Source of the DNA: Phoronis australis | Taxonomy: Eukaryota > Animalia > Phoronida | DNA: 64,000 nt | Reading direction: 5' to 3' | Assembly: GCA_002633005.1 (NCBI GenBank) | Contig: NMRA01000011.1 | Location: 629,370 to 693,369 of the forward strand | Shown here: one piece after another, positions 26,990 to 40,225 of the stretch | How positions within the stretch are numbered: position 1 is the first letter of the stretch | How the letters are laid out: every line of letters begins with the position of its first letter | The notes under the pieces: generated by a model | The model's database searches: none | The model's input: only the letters and a program-made list of their open reading frames with translations | Told to the model about the DNA's origin: nothing | Translations under genes and position numbers: made by a program

Positions 26990-28190
26990 ACTGAGGTGTG
27001 GAACACTGGGGTGCATGTGTGTAGTTTGGGGATTTGTACCGAGAGTTTGGCGTTTACTTTTCCGGGACTGGGGCTTAACTGATCGGAGCTAGAATTTAGA
27101 GGCGCAGTCATGAACTCTATTCCACCAAATGTAGGATTCAATTAGCTGTACAGTTATCCTCAAACTGTCATTGCTGCTCGTCGTGTACAAACTATCTCTG
27201 GTTCTGTTTGCAACCGATTTGATATTTTTGGACGTAGGTAACTGAAACTTACCTCTTCCTAATGCATACATACTCCAAATTCACTGCAATCTATTCTTCT
27301 GTGCAAAACAATCTTCAATCTTGCACTACGCGATTTTAGTCTTTTCAATCAAATAACGCGACCTAATCGCCAACGGAAGACCTCGATACCACCCGGTGAA
27401 ACAGTCAATAGGACAGCGCATCAGAGGATCGGCTCTGGTAAGGAATACAGCAGCTTTTTTATCGATTGCTGGCGCGAATTTCCCTAAGAGATTCATCAAT
27501 TGAATTTCTTTTGGTGCACTTCAGGTATTAGAGACTATCATTATCTTACCACAGGAGGGTGATTCATGACTTGCGTGACGTGCTTTTTGGGATCTTGGTG
27601 AATCCAGTGCTTTTAACAGTCCTTATTAGGAGAAAGTAGTCAGTGATGTACTTGGGCACTTTTTGGAGCAGTTTTAAGGAGGAAAGTGGTGTTACCAGAA
27701 GACGAAGACCCCGGGTGGGTGGTTTAGCGGGTCCGGTGTGTATTTCGGGTTAGCTGCGAAATTTACGGTTATTAACAGACCTTGTCGGAAGAGGGCGACT
27801 GGTAATGGATGCATTTCAGGGTAGCCGCGGAACTTGAGGTTGCAGTCATGATACGAGAAGTTGACTAGCAACAGGCGTGGCACACCGTATACTTCATGAT
27901 CGGTTGCGTATTAACTAAGTTTTCTGTGAAGACAATGATAACCACGTCAATGCTTATGTCAGGATTGTTCATTACGCTCCCGAGGTTACCAATAAATTTG
28001 TTTGCAGGAGAAACCCAGAAAGTATTTGACAATGGGCGCTCATTCATGCATTTTGCTCACTGTAGTTCAGAGTATGAGTTCACTAACGCGAAGACCTACG
28101 CTAGGACCTCGCTAAAATCTAGCCACAATCACGTGTTCCAAGTTAAAATACGCGGCAATATCTCGTGTAATCTCGCGAAGTCTTGATTTT
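26990..28190 (+). pseudogene. Decayed LRR gene relic I, with an inverted paralogous fragment at ~26750-26930
   Basis: ELEFRGAVMNSIPPNVGFN*L (cf. ELDLHGSV in C), NSLQSILL..LALRDFSLF, ISFGALQVLETIII. The mirror copy reads LEFSGAVMQ on the minus strand. Confidence 0.55.
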
Positions 28191-28899
28191 CAGAGAATTC
28201 CTAGCCTTTCTGAACTACAGTAAACACCATAAGGTTATTTTTACAAAGGACAATTGCAGTTGCGCCTACTTATTAAAATTGAAATTATGGGGCTGTTATC
28301 GTCCTGCGAGGTTATCGTCGTGTGTATTCAGTGGAGCTATTAAGTACGAAGTCGTGGTATAAAACATTATTTTTGACCTTTCTGATACCAGAAGTTCCTC
28401 ATTTTGGAGCAAAGCTAATTACACTGTGCAAATGTCTTGATCAATTTGTTAATGGTGATAAGATCGTACATAATCATCCGTTCTCAAATACGCATACATG
28501 TAAATGGATATATACATACAGGCATTCGTATCGATCATACATAATGTGAAATGAATGTCTGCCTTAACAGATGTGTTGAAAACGAGGTGACTTGCTTAAA
28601 ATATATAGTCCAAACAATGATTGCTTTGATCCATTGACATAATTTGAAAGTTCCAATATCTACAATTAAATCTTGAATATTTGGCGGAAATAAAAATTAA
28701 GAACACATCTATAACTAATGCATATGTAGTAAGTACGTCTACTGGCAAAACCACTATTTTTTAATTCATGGTAGCTATTTCAATCAACGCTCTTATATTA
28801 CATTACAAGTTACAATAACTCACTGTTTGTGCGTCATAGCCGGGCTATGAATCTCTTAATAGTCAGAAATGTAATTGTACACATCTATGTGGGAAAATA

Positions 28900-29500
28900 A
28901 TTTAATCTCATTTCAGTAAAGTATAGAGTCTCTGGGAATATACCCGAAATTGTTATCTATTCAGTTAATTTGTATTAATTATACCTATTGGGACCTAAGC
29001 TATGTTTGCGGTCCGTGGGTCGAGTTCCTTGTATAATAGATTAGAATCTGCGAGTCGTGATTTTTGAATGCGTTAGTCATGTCATGAGTCCGGACACGAG
29101 TAATGTGTGTAACTGTTTTGCGCGTGTTAATAGTCGGGTAATCTGATTTCATGGCATCTAATAACACCGTTCTTTTTCGTTAAACAGCGCATTTACATGT
29201 TTTGTAGAGTCCGTGTACTTAATTCTATACATTAATAACTCGCGATTTCAGAAAATTTACTCTTTCAGCCAATTACTGTTATCTTGAAATTGTACCATTC
29301 TACAGAACTCAACGAACCACACGTATTGATCCAATGGTGCCTTAAGGCGCAGTTCGGTTTTAACACAGAGAAATTCTGAACGACCGATACCTTGAAAGAA
29401 GAGAAACCGAACTTAGAACTGTACATGCTGACACGTTTATGCAGCAGACGACTGTATTGCCGATAATTAATAAATAACCAAACATAACGTGCAGCGTCCA
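28900..29500 (-). pseudogene. Decayed LRR gene relic K
   Basis: SLSSVEWYNFK, IELSTRTLQNM, NAFKN, LYKELD, IDNNFGYIPRDS. Confidence 0.45.
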
Positions 29501-29632
29501 ATGAATAGTTCTGACATGTTAATTAAGCTAATAATTCCAGCCAATCAGGATGCGGAAGCACGCATCTACAAAAATAACTTGCCATCTTTGTACCACAAAT
29601 TTTGCGAATTGCGGAGTAGCATGTGCGCGCAC

Positions 29633-29832
29633 CCAGGGGGTTCTGGGGGCCAATGCACAATGCAAACCTTGAACAAACCTCGTTTACAGTTTTTTTTTAA
29701 TAATAAGGTCCACAAACCCAAAAATTCGAGACCCCTGCATCCCTACAGTTTAGGCTGGGCGCGCGCATGTGGCGAAATTCTGGTTATTCCTGTGCCCTGC
29801 CCCCTCAACTCAAAATCCTGGATCCGCCCCTG
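29633..29832. mobile_element. MITE remnant with the same type of termini
   Basis: Ends aactcaaaatcctggatccgcccctg, as at 53051-53076; left end uncertain. Confidence 0.55.
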
Positions 29833-29959
29833 GCCACCGGCCCACATTTTAAATCAAATATAAACAACGGTTTATTTACATCAACCATATGGTTCAGAGA
29901 CACGGTGACTCTATAACAATTAACTTAACAACATGTCTGAATGTTGTCTTGTTTTGTGT

Positions 29960-31110
29960 TTGTCAAAGTCTCTTAAACATGGCATTACTTGTGGATGCGT
30001 TACCAGGGCATATGTTCCTCGCCCCATATAGTGGACATTCCAATGGAAAATGGAGTTCTGATTTTATTTTACTCGATTTACAACATCGACATATTCTCTC
30101 ATTTATGGCTAAACGCGCATGTCACATCAACATTCACGTGACAATGACCTCCACTTGCAAGTCTTGCCAGAGAAGTTCTAAATAAAATACTGTCAAAATA
30201 TATCATATAGACTTCTGACAAGAAATCGGTTTTACCTAGCTTACACGCATCTAACGGCTGGAACGCGGTATAATTTTCCAGTGTTGTACATTTTATCTTA
30301 TTCATCTCCTACCCCTTGATTGTCCCACGCCTCTGCAAAGACATATTCAACCAAGATTGTCTTTTGAATTCCATCATCTCATACTGTGCATATGTCAATG
30401 TGATTGCAGGACTCCAACCCAGTACCTAATAATTCTGGACAAAATTTAAATTTTTATAATTGTTCTTCCATGCTCACCTCTAGCAGAAGTATTTGGGACA
30501 TCTTGACTAAGTTACAACAGAATTTGTCACGAACTGTTTCGATATATTTGGCTTCAGGAAAGTCCCATATTTCTGAGCCATGCAATAAAGTTGTCAAAAT
30601 TTTAGAGTAAAAAAAAATTCACCATAGTGACATCGGAACGTCGTCGAATTTCCAAATTACTTTTCAGAACAAACAGTGCATTCGACGCTCTTCTGGAAGT
30701 TTTTTTGGGGGGCTTTTTTGAAGACACCCTTTATCGAGATTATTGTTTTCAAGTATCACGTTAATATTTCGCCAAATGTCTTTCACTGCTCCTATACCTC
30801 AAATATCCACGATTTCTAAAAACTACATTTTTACTTTTGTTTTTGTTTTTGTTTTTGTTTTGGTCATATTTTCGTGTAATTTACCTATACTGGCATAATC
30901 TAATTTACGAATTTGGTTATTTGGTTATTAGCCTGCATTGCAACAGCTGTTTTGACATATAAAATCCGATCACCAGCAAACAAGTTGACAAGTCCCACGC
31001 TTACGTATAATCCACTGATAGTTTTTTAAATCGCTCCCGAAGGCATTCATAAGCATTGAAAATAAAAGGTGACAAGGGTGACGTCTTGCAACCTTGTCGC
31101 AGTATTACTA
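29960..31110 (-). mobile_element. Degenerate non-LTR retrotransposon (RTE-X/CR1-L2-like) ORF2 remnant
   Basis: In order: LRQGC..LSPFIFN, LFAGD (FADD-like), VVFRNRG, LLHGSEIWDF..IETV..KFC, FRTSLARL and ERICRCC...ELHFPLECPLY. Confidence 0.8.
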
Positions 31111-31194
31111 AAATGTAGTTGCATTGCCTGTTTCACCAACTGACGCGCCATTTAACATTTTCACGCCTACTTTTTAACACTGTGTACATTTCCT

Positions 31195-31255
31195 TCTCAA
31201 CACCAATACTCTCAACACCAATACTCTCAACATCAATACTCTCAACACCAATACT
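31195..31255. repeat. 15 bp tandem repeat x4 (tctcaacaccaatac)
   Basis: Directly visible. Confidence 0.95.
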
Positions 31256-31544
31256 AAAGAGCTTACATTTTAATGCTTTTCGCCACACAGGTGCCTTATG
31301 AACATCGACAAAAAGACAATGAAAACGCAAGCTACGTTCACATGTATTTAAGAACTACATCATTTAGAGTATACTTGCTGTCCACAGTCGCGTAGTACCC
31401 TTTGAGAAAACCCGCTTAAACTTCACACAAAACACTGCACTCCTCTGTCCACGCCCCTGTTTCCGAAGAGACTATTGGCTGTTGTCTCAATATTCAGAAA
31501 TCTGACTGCGAATGACCAAAAGTTTATAGTATTCTGGCTAGTCT

Positions 31545-33700
31545 AACAGACTACACATTTCTGTTTTTTGACTTCGAGTTGTGGACAGATTTTCTGGCTT
31601 TCAGCCTCAGCGTTTTCTCGTGAGACAGGCTAAGCCATCCGCAGAGGACTGGGGGTGTTTTCGGCGTTTTCACCACGGACTAACATGGGACCTGGGTTGA
31701 TTTTAGTAGCGAATCAAAGTTAATGATTAAACGCAGGCCCTTCCAAAGCTAAAAGTATTGGCCGGTTAGGAGCCCTACCCAAAAGTACCAAAACAATTCA
31801 GCTTAAGGGTCTTCAAGAACTCGGAAAGATGGGACTCCTTGTTGACTTCAAGACTTCTCAATTTAGTGACTGTAAATGTGCTTATTTTGATTTGGTGTGA
31901 AGAAACATTTTATTCAGTTTACACGACATCAACGCTGTTGTACACATACTTCAATCACACGAAAATGTCTTTAGGAGGATGTGGACTTCAAATGTATAAA
32001 CAGATTTGTGTCTGTTCCCCATAAACTTTGCCCCCCTCACCCTGCTCCCCAACTCGTGGTCCTGAATTTTACCCTGGTTAAATTACCATGTTTGAGCTAT
32101 ATCCCGGTGGTTCAAGATAAAGAATCAAGACCGCGAAATGTGAGAACAGAAGTTTTACCTTTGTTAACACACTGAACCCGTCTTGTTAAGGGGACCTGAT
32201 CGACAGATATCTTGTCAAATATCTACAACACTATAGATTGAAATTCAGCAAAAGTTTTTTCTTCTGAAATTAGAAAGCTTGCAGAATTTGATTATAGACA
32301 TTTACCAATCTGCCATTAATTTAGTAACGTGACCATGTCGTTTTAGCAAATTTACCAACTATGGTAACACAATGGTATCAATAATGTGAACAACTTTCAT
32401 TTCATATAAATGATCAAGATGAAAAATCAAAGACGCTGTAATTTTTTTACAAAATAGCGTTTCGTTTTTGTTTTATGTAACTCTAGAGAGGTTATTCATG
32501 AAAATTATAAATGTCCTCTCGTGCAAAAGTGCAACGTTTTAAAAACAATTTCTAACATGTTTTTGGGGAGCATTGTTTGTGAATCCGATCAGCCATTTCA
32601 GAGATGTGATTTTCCAAATTTAAATAAATTTTCTAGGGTCCAACAAAAGCCTAAGATAAAATTTGGTGTTTGGGTAAAACGGGTACAGCTTTCATGATGT
32701 GCTGTCACTGCGCCATGGATGGATACTTGTTCTTGGCAATATCTTTAACTTACGTGTAATCCCACAAGATAAGCGTCGATTTTCAGTAGTATCCAGGATT
32801 TAGACAGACGGTACAGTAACGTTGCGTTCTCACTGTGCACATATCCGCCGTTGGTCAATTCATTAAGTGCGATGTAAAAAGCAATCCCTCAGAGAGCAAG
32901 CGTAGTTAATTAGAAGTTGGAATACAGCCCCTAGCTGTCGCGATATGGCTAAACGTTATTGCTAATTTCGTTTAGACACGCTTTTTGTACTCTGGTCTTG
33001 GTGTTATCAATTAATAACAGCTTCGTTTAAATAACTTAATATAATTGTAAAGCAATCACAGAATTTGTTCTTTCAGTATTAGAGCTTCTTAGTGACCGGT
33101 GTTGGTTTTTTTTACTAGCACGATAAACCCACTGTTGGTGGTCTTACACGAAATTGGCCTGTGTTCCCTACGGCAAGAGAGAAGAGAGAGATCACGCAAG
33201 ACCACGCAAAATCGCGCGAGTGAAAATCGAGTGTTTTGCGAGCAAGTTCGGGACCTCACACGAGCGAAACGCTATTGAAGTGATAGATCAGAGAGGCTTG
33301 AATGTTGGACTGTGGGAACAAAAGTCACTTTTTATCCGGCATTCCACGAGTGACGATTTCTGTGCACATGTATTTCGCGAGTGTCCTGCATTTACGGAAC
33401 ACACCTCTGGTTGTGTCACCTGGAACTGCGCTATTCATATGTCTTCTGAGAGTATAAAGATATTAGCTAAAACAATTCTTTGTTGCATCAGAAAGTGGAT
33501 CTTGTGGTTTAAATGGACAGTCTTTCCCCCACGGGGTGGTCGCTTAAAGTGATCACAGAATTCGTAACGCTTACATTTTACAAGGTTTTGTGAGGAGTTT
33601 CGAATTCGTACAACTTGAAGAGTTGACGAGGGTTACAGGGCAGTATTTTGTTTTGAATGTGATTTACGTTTTCACATCCTTTGTTGATAAAATACGATTG
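31545..33700 (+). pseudogene. Decayed LRR gene relic L, interrupted by repeats at ~32030-32645
   Basis: IFWLSASAFS, ALPKLKVL, KAIPQRA, FRHAFCTL. The 132-aa ORF at 33154-33552 contains RNAIEVIDQRGL, AHVFRECPAF and IHMSSESIKILAKT; LRRCT-like FECDL at ~33650. Confidence 0.6.
32230..32645 (-). repeat. Dispersed repeat; an inverted copy lies at 49453-49790
   Basis: Its reverse complement shares ggaccct, tagaaattgttt.taaaa, acagcgt.tttga, tgatacc and cagattggta with 49453-49790. Confidence 0.7.
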
Positions 33701-34199
33701 ATATCCTTTTGCACACTCAATCTGAATTTATCGTTGAATTAGTGTTACCAAAACAAGGGCCCAGTTTTTAAGCCGTGTTTTATTGTTAAAAATGCCTTTG
33801 AAGGCCTAAAGTCTTTTGCATACTTCCCTCAACTTTCAATCAAGAAGAGTTTCACACATGTTTCCGTTATCATTTCAATAATGTTTAGCCCGACTACTAC
33901 TGCACAAAACCTTGTTGACTAGATAGTATACATGACGTGGACTGTGACTTCTCTGTATCTAATACATAATGCATAATACTACGTGTGACTTAGTGCAGTC
34001 TTTAACTTATCGCTGAACGAAACTGGCTCAAGAAAATCGAAAAATTCGTTTCACCGTTGCTGTACGCCTATTATAATGATTGACAATTGAATTACATTTA
34101 ACACCAGACACTAGGGGTCTCTTGAGACACGACGAAAAAGGCTAATGACTGTAGCCTATAGTTAACAAGTAAGCTGTTACATGTACATGTAGGTAACGT

Positions 34200-34810
34200 A
34201 TGCTGTTCGGTTAGTAAACTGCGGGACTGTTACAGATTCGTTGCAGTTATTTTCAATTGAAAATGAGCCAGAAACGTCACTACCTTGGTTGCTTTATAGC
34301 AGAACCAATGGAAATCGGCTTTAATTTGGCTTAACTGAATGTGCATCTGTGTCAGGCATGTACACTATCTGTTGTGCCATTTACACCACAATTTCCAAAA
34401 TGTCAACCGGAAGTTTGAAATTTCCCTTTAGCTCCTTTAATAAACATGTGTGCTGTGAATGGAGTTTCCATGTGAAGTCGGAACTGTGAAAATAGTTTGT
34501 TTATCATTCGAATTATTACGTCTAGATGACATCTGTTCGCTGATAACCGCGGTAAATTATGCTTAAGCCGTGAGCTTTTATAATTTGTTTCATTCAAAAT
34601 AATTGCTGATATCCTGCTGTCTGAAGAACTGCTGTTATTAGGCCTGAAATATATTTTGTTATTAAAATAATATTGGTCGACACACAAAATGTATGTCGAT
34701 CTGCCGGCTAGCTCTGTGTCATGTGTAGTCTTATTTTCTCCAGAGGCGCATTCACTGGGATCACCGCAGCGCAGCCACCGAAACGATCGACTACATAGGA
34801 AGTATGACAC
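34200..34810 (-). pseudogene. Decayed LRR gene relic N (N-terminal part)
   Basis: 135-aa ORF with CGDPSEC, FNNKIYFRPN, NLPRLS..HLDV and FTAHMF. Confidence 0.4.
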
Positions 34811-34959
34811 ACTAGCACAATCGATTTAGAATCTAGTCGTGTTTAATAAATAATTTTTCTGTCTGTCTTTTCATAACAAAATCATCAATCATGGCCTTAT
34901 CAGACTGGTGTACTACTGTGCTCGTTTTTCACCTCTTCAAGTGCGACAAGACAAACACA

Positions 34960-35600
34960 AAAATCTCAATGTAATCCTGTTTGTTGATGGTGGACTGTTC
35001 AAAATAAACATAGAGTAAAAATATTAAAGGGGTATTTCCTTGTTGTTTTTACTGCAAATTTTAAGACATTTTACTTGACCAAGCGAACCATAGTACTTGT
35101 ATGCCTTAAACGTTTCCACACTTTATACCCAAATAATGACATAAGAAGAAACAGGGGGCAACCATTAGGCTTTAAACAGTTGGCCATGCCTTTCAAAACT
35201 GTACCTCTTCGTTCACTCCGGCCGCGTGACTCCAGTGCTATCATGGCAAAGCAAATTTAGGTACCAGTTTGTCAAACTCAAACTATTTTTATATTTGTAA
35301 TGTGAATGATCGTCACAGATTCTGGTGCTGTGTGTGCCTAGTCAAACATGGTCGTGTCGCCTGGTCCGAAAATATTTCTGCCCCGACCAGGTCCCAAACT
35401 CACCCTCAGCAGTCAGTGCAGACAAGACCGACTGGACTTCTGTGTTCGACCAAAGACGTTAACAAAACTATTCACTTTGGCCGCCGCCATTATTGTGTCG
35501 TGGACCGTGGCGACACCTAGCGGGTTTGTGTGCGCTGACAAAGTACGCCAGACGTCGACAATCATGACCGATTTTAGTTTGTCAAAATCAAAATTGTGAA
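34960..35600 (+). pseudogene. Decayed LRR gene relic O (N-terminal part)
   Basis: MVDCS (LRRNT), LKRFHTLYPNNDI, FKTVPLRSL, GPKIF, VRPKTLTKL. Confidence 0.45.
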
Positions 35601-35915
35601 GTGTCTTTGTTTAAAATATTAAGAACAAAAATACGAGCTGTGTAATGGAAAAAACACACATTTGAAAATTCTAGATTTGATATCAAGGGGAAATGGGGAG
35701 TGCGGACCCCTTTGACCTCCCTGGATCCGCCTGTGCTCAACTGAGCTGCCCAAATTTTTTGGGTATTTGTTTAGTTCTGTACTCACAGTTGTTATATTTT
35801 TCTATCATTTTATCTTTATTACGAGATCCTCTTTTGACTTATGACATTTTCTAAGAATATAACTAAAAACTGAGCCTTTAATTCAGTCAAAATAACTATG
35901 GACTTAGTCCTTAAA

Positions 35916-37580
35916 TTACTCACAAACGTCCAGTGGATTTAGGGAACATACTGGAGTCCCTATGTGGGATTGTTTCATGCAACCGGTCACCTGACCCCCA
36001 ACATCCGTGTCTGATGGGATAGGAAATGGGTACGTGGTGAATGAAGCTGGGGGCAACAGGGGTAGGGGGCTGAAAAAACAGCAAAAGATGGAATTCCTGT
36101 CTTCAGTCCAGTAAAACTTCCTTGTATGACCCCATGAAACAGCCAAGATGCCAATTGAATACATAGTCCAATTAGGGTAGTTTTACGATGCTTTCCAGCT
36201 CTCGTTAACCATTCACATTTTATTAAATCATCTATCAACATTTAGCTAAAGGCATATTCAGCCTACATCGGCAGGTAAAAATGACCAACTTTAAAGTATA
36301 TAACGTAAGGATGCCTTACGTCCTGAGTGGATGATTTAAGGTCAAATGCAGGGAACAGTGAAGACATTAAGTTCAAAGCACCCAACCCATCAATGGTTGA
36401 CTGGCAACAGTTTCACGCAAAAACACCCTTTGTTTCAATCGTGAACATTATCTACCTTAATCAGTGGGGAAGCGAAAAAGCATAAGTCACGAATTTTCAA
36501 TTAACTGTTGCTGTAGCCGTAGGCAGTGCAAAAAGCACCCGTTGATTTTTTACCAACCGGCGCCGTCATATGTTGCTACATTTGTTTATTGCACACACGC
36601 CCGCTAGACATCTCTATGGTCCATGAAACAACAATGGTCGCCAGCCGCCGTTCCATGGTTTTCGCTAGGTGATTCGTTTGTTAGGTTTATTGGCTTGCTT
36701 TTGCTATGTCACCACGAGAATCAAACATGCAACGGTGTACTCTTTTTAGACCCATATTCGATACAACTATAACCGGCCTTTTGTTGTGCTGCTGGGATTT
36801 CGCGGTGACGCAATATGGCACGAAAAGGCAACTTCACCTATTATTAGACGGGCCTACATTGGAGTGATTGAACTTGCGTTTTCTTATTTTGCTGAGGCTT
36901 ACTAGGACTATCTGGTTAGCTCAATACATCTAAAATAACAAAATTTTGTAAGTTAGGCCTTAAAGAGTACAGTACATACTTCCACGTCAAATATCGTATC
37001 ATAAGCAAAAGTTATCTTTATTTCTTACGAAGCCCATGCACTTGAGGGAATACTTGTATTATAAAAACTTGTTGGTTTCGGAACTTTCATGAAATCTGTG
37101 ATATTCATGATACATATATAATTCTTAGTATGTTAGTTTGATAGTGTTATTACTTATTGATATTATTTCTTTGCAACCAATTGTTTGTGTATATAGAAAC
37201 TTGTTTTGGCTGTGCATCCACACATGTTTTGATGATCTCTGTAGTAAACAAGATTGCGTAATGGTCATTCACAGAAACATTGCCTAAAGACAGCTGACCA
37301 TTACCATATATGGCAAACACAACAGAATAGTTCAGATGATTGTTGTGAAACTTTTTAGAGTTGCTTCCTGTTATTTTCCTGTAGGATATTGAATCATAAA
37401 GTTTGGTGCATGCAACCCACATATTTGTAACTTGTATATAAATCCGTTCACTTGTCTAATAAAGACAGTCCTCATCTTGCTACTGCCAGTTGCTTTACTA
37501 GTGTAATTGAGTGTTCCACACTTAGTTACTGAATACAACCATCTCATTGACGGACCGAGACTGTCCACAACACAACACAA
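35916..37580 (-). pseudogene. Decayed LRR gene relic P
   Basis: VTKC, FHNNHLNY, RKTTLIGL, PLLPPASFTTY, SLNPLDVC. Confidence 0.35.
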
Positions 37581-38049
37581 CGCTGCTACTAAGTCGAGTT
37601 ATTCCACTATTCTACTACAGGAACTTATTTAAACAGACGCAAACCAGCATAAAATAAATGTTGATAATATATTATTTGTGTTGTGATATCATTCCCTAAT
37701 AATTAGCAACGCCCAAAACTGTGGAAAAGGGGCACGCTCCTTGAGTAGGAAAACCACGATAACTGCCTCGGTATCAGCTAGTTAAGTTGTATCTCCAATC
37801 TAGGATTAACAATTCGCAACACTCAAACTAAATATGTTTCATGGAATTAACTTACGATAGAGTCGTGTGATTCATACCAGTTTACATTTAATGGCCATTA
37901 GGCGGTCATGTAAAATGCAGATATCTTTGAAGATATTGTGAAATCCTAACAACACGTTTTTATGTTTTCATCAAACAAAACATTCATTCTTTGCCCAGAA
38001 TATTTAACTTCCCTCAAGTAAGCCTTCTCCATGACCTTTCATTTCTTGA

Positions 38050-39620
38050 CAGAGTCAATGAAATTAAATTGAAAAGCTTTCTTTGTGAGACGGTATTGAT
38101 TTGCGGAAACTGGTCATTTGAGTATAAAATAATTGAGAAATTTGATTAACATGGTTTGGTGACGTTAAAAGAGACATAGTTACAGAATTAGCGTGTTATA
38201 TCATAATCATATTGAAATGTGCATAAGCTTCCCCAATGCTGTTAACACATCCTTAATTTTCATTCAATTGAACATCAGGTGACTGTTGCGGCAACAATTT
38301 TTGCTTAAAGAGCTTCAGCACTACAAAAACGACGCCAGTTTGATGGTTGAACCTTGCACGTCGCTTGTGAACATACTCACATGCATGCAAAGGTCAATGT
38401 AAAGGGTTGTGAACGCATTAAAGAATGTTGATTTGTGACCTTCACCAACCACTGTCTGCAGATTTAAAAATTTTCGGAAGTTTTAGAGACTGGTTTCAGC
38501 ATTTGATGAACTAATGACGTCACTTCCAGTTTTGCTTTTAAATTACTGATTTACAGCATGCAGTGAGTGGCGTGCCCTCAGATTGTCCTTTTAATTCCAT
38601 AGTTCGTGTTTGGAATGCCCGTCACAAATGTAGTCTGAACTTCATCCTTTAAGTGACTATACTACTTTCCTCTTCTACTCAACTAGTTTCCCACAATGCA
38701 CTAGGTGAACCAGATTGGAGAAACCGGCTTAAAAATAAAGCTAGACAAACCATGTATTGAGAAATTTGAGCCACTGCCATCGACACATATGTCGTACATA
38801 TACTTTTGTCTTGTAAACAAGAGAGTCGAGATTAAAGTAGATGGTTGGATAGATGGCAGTAGGGATAGATTGATGAATAGGTGGATTGGTGGAAGGAAGA
38901 ATGATCGAGATCATTCTGCCAACTAAATCGCAATTTACTGCAAATTTCAACTTCTTGGCAAATATGTACAAATATCTTATCTGTTTAAAATGCATTTTTT
39001 ACATTGAAATCGTTTGTCCTGTGGTTAAACTCAGAATGAAGTCAAATTCTTGGCTAAAATCTAGACGCACAGAGTAAATTAAAATCAATACAAGTCCATA
39101 CCTGTATCAATTTAATGTATAATCTACAAGTTTACATTGAAACATCTGTAAGAGACATGTTCAGGGGGGTACTCCTATTCAGGAAGAGGGTATGTTCTGT
39201 ATGGAGATGTGTATTGCAGAGCTGTCGGCTTTTTTACCATACACAGCAAATGTTTCTGTAAATTTGCTAAAATGACAACCGAAAAGGTAGGCTAGATAAT
39301 CGTTCAAGTGGGGATGAAGAAGTTGAAGAAACCTGTGAAAGTGGACCCGGCATTTTGGGAATATTAAATTAATGTTGTTAGTATGATGGGAGATTGGAAA
39401 AAAATGTTGTAAAATCAATATTGCCATATGCAGCTAACGGTGACGACTATTACAGTCTTGCTAATGAAGCTTTTGTTGTCGAATGATGCGAATGTAAGAA
39501 ACTGTTGCAAACTCATCAGGTTCGTGTGAGCAAAGCAGCTGAATGAATGGCAGTAGAAGAACATTTATCTCGTGGGTGGCTCATGTAATGAAACAGTCGA
39601 TTATTTTATATCTCTTTTTG
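38050..39620 (+). pseudogene. Decayed LRR-7TM GPCR gene relic Q
   Basis: HGLVTLKET*LQN, LYHNHIE, NALKNVDL, FKNFRKF*RL, CIEKFEP. TM1 GI.GNIKLMLLV (~39350-39385) and TM3 CCKLIRFV..MAVE (~39500-39560). Confidence 0.55.
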
Positions 39621-40225
39621 ATCTGTTTAGGAGTGACATAAAATCGACGTCTGAGATATGTGTATAATCAGTCAATGATGAATTGTTGAGCAGAGTGTTA
39701 CCAAGAGAACGGGCATAGCTGTGGCGTAGTCCTTAAAAAACGTGGAGACGAAGAAGACAAAACTGAGAACAAAAGACAGAAATACTGCTTTAACGGTACA
39801 AGAACTTAGGCTTATTTTTTGTTTTTGTAGCATAGAAATATAACTTGAGATTTACTTTAATTTTGATCACAATAAAGGCAGAAAACGGAATTCTTCTGAG
39901 GGGGTGTAGTTAAGTGAGGGGGCGACGTCACCGCTCCCATGGGAACAGTTTTGGGGAACTAATGGTATCTCATCGTGATGTGAAAGGTACACAGATTCAT
40001 GCACTGACAGGTTTCGACGAATCTCAATGTACTTTTCTCACCAGACAGCTCAATATGATAAACTGTGTCCACAGACTCAGGTAATTGTATCCTTTTGAAG
40101 CTCGATACATCTCTGAATGGCGATGCATACTCCATGTAAATTTCAACATGCTGATTTACAAACTGCCATTTGTAAATTTACTTCCTTGTTTTTTTTGTTT
40201 GTAGCGCGCGGGTGAACGAAAACTA

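Noticed and set aside
30405-30430. tRNA B-box-like string
   Set aside because: There is no cloverleaf or A-box, and it lies inside a LINE remnant.
33154-33552. 132-aa ORF as a functional gene
   Set aside because: It starts at TTG, has no signal peptide, and is flanked by in-frame stops; it is a surviving open stretch of pseudogene L.
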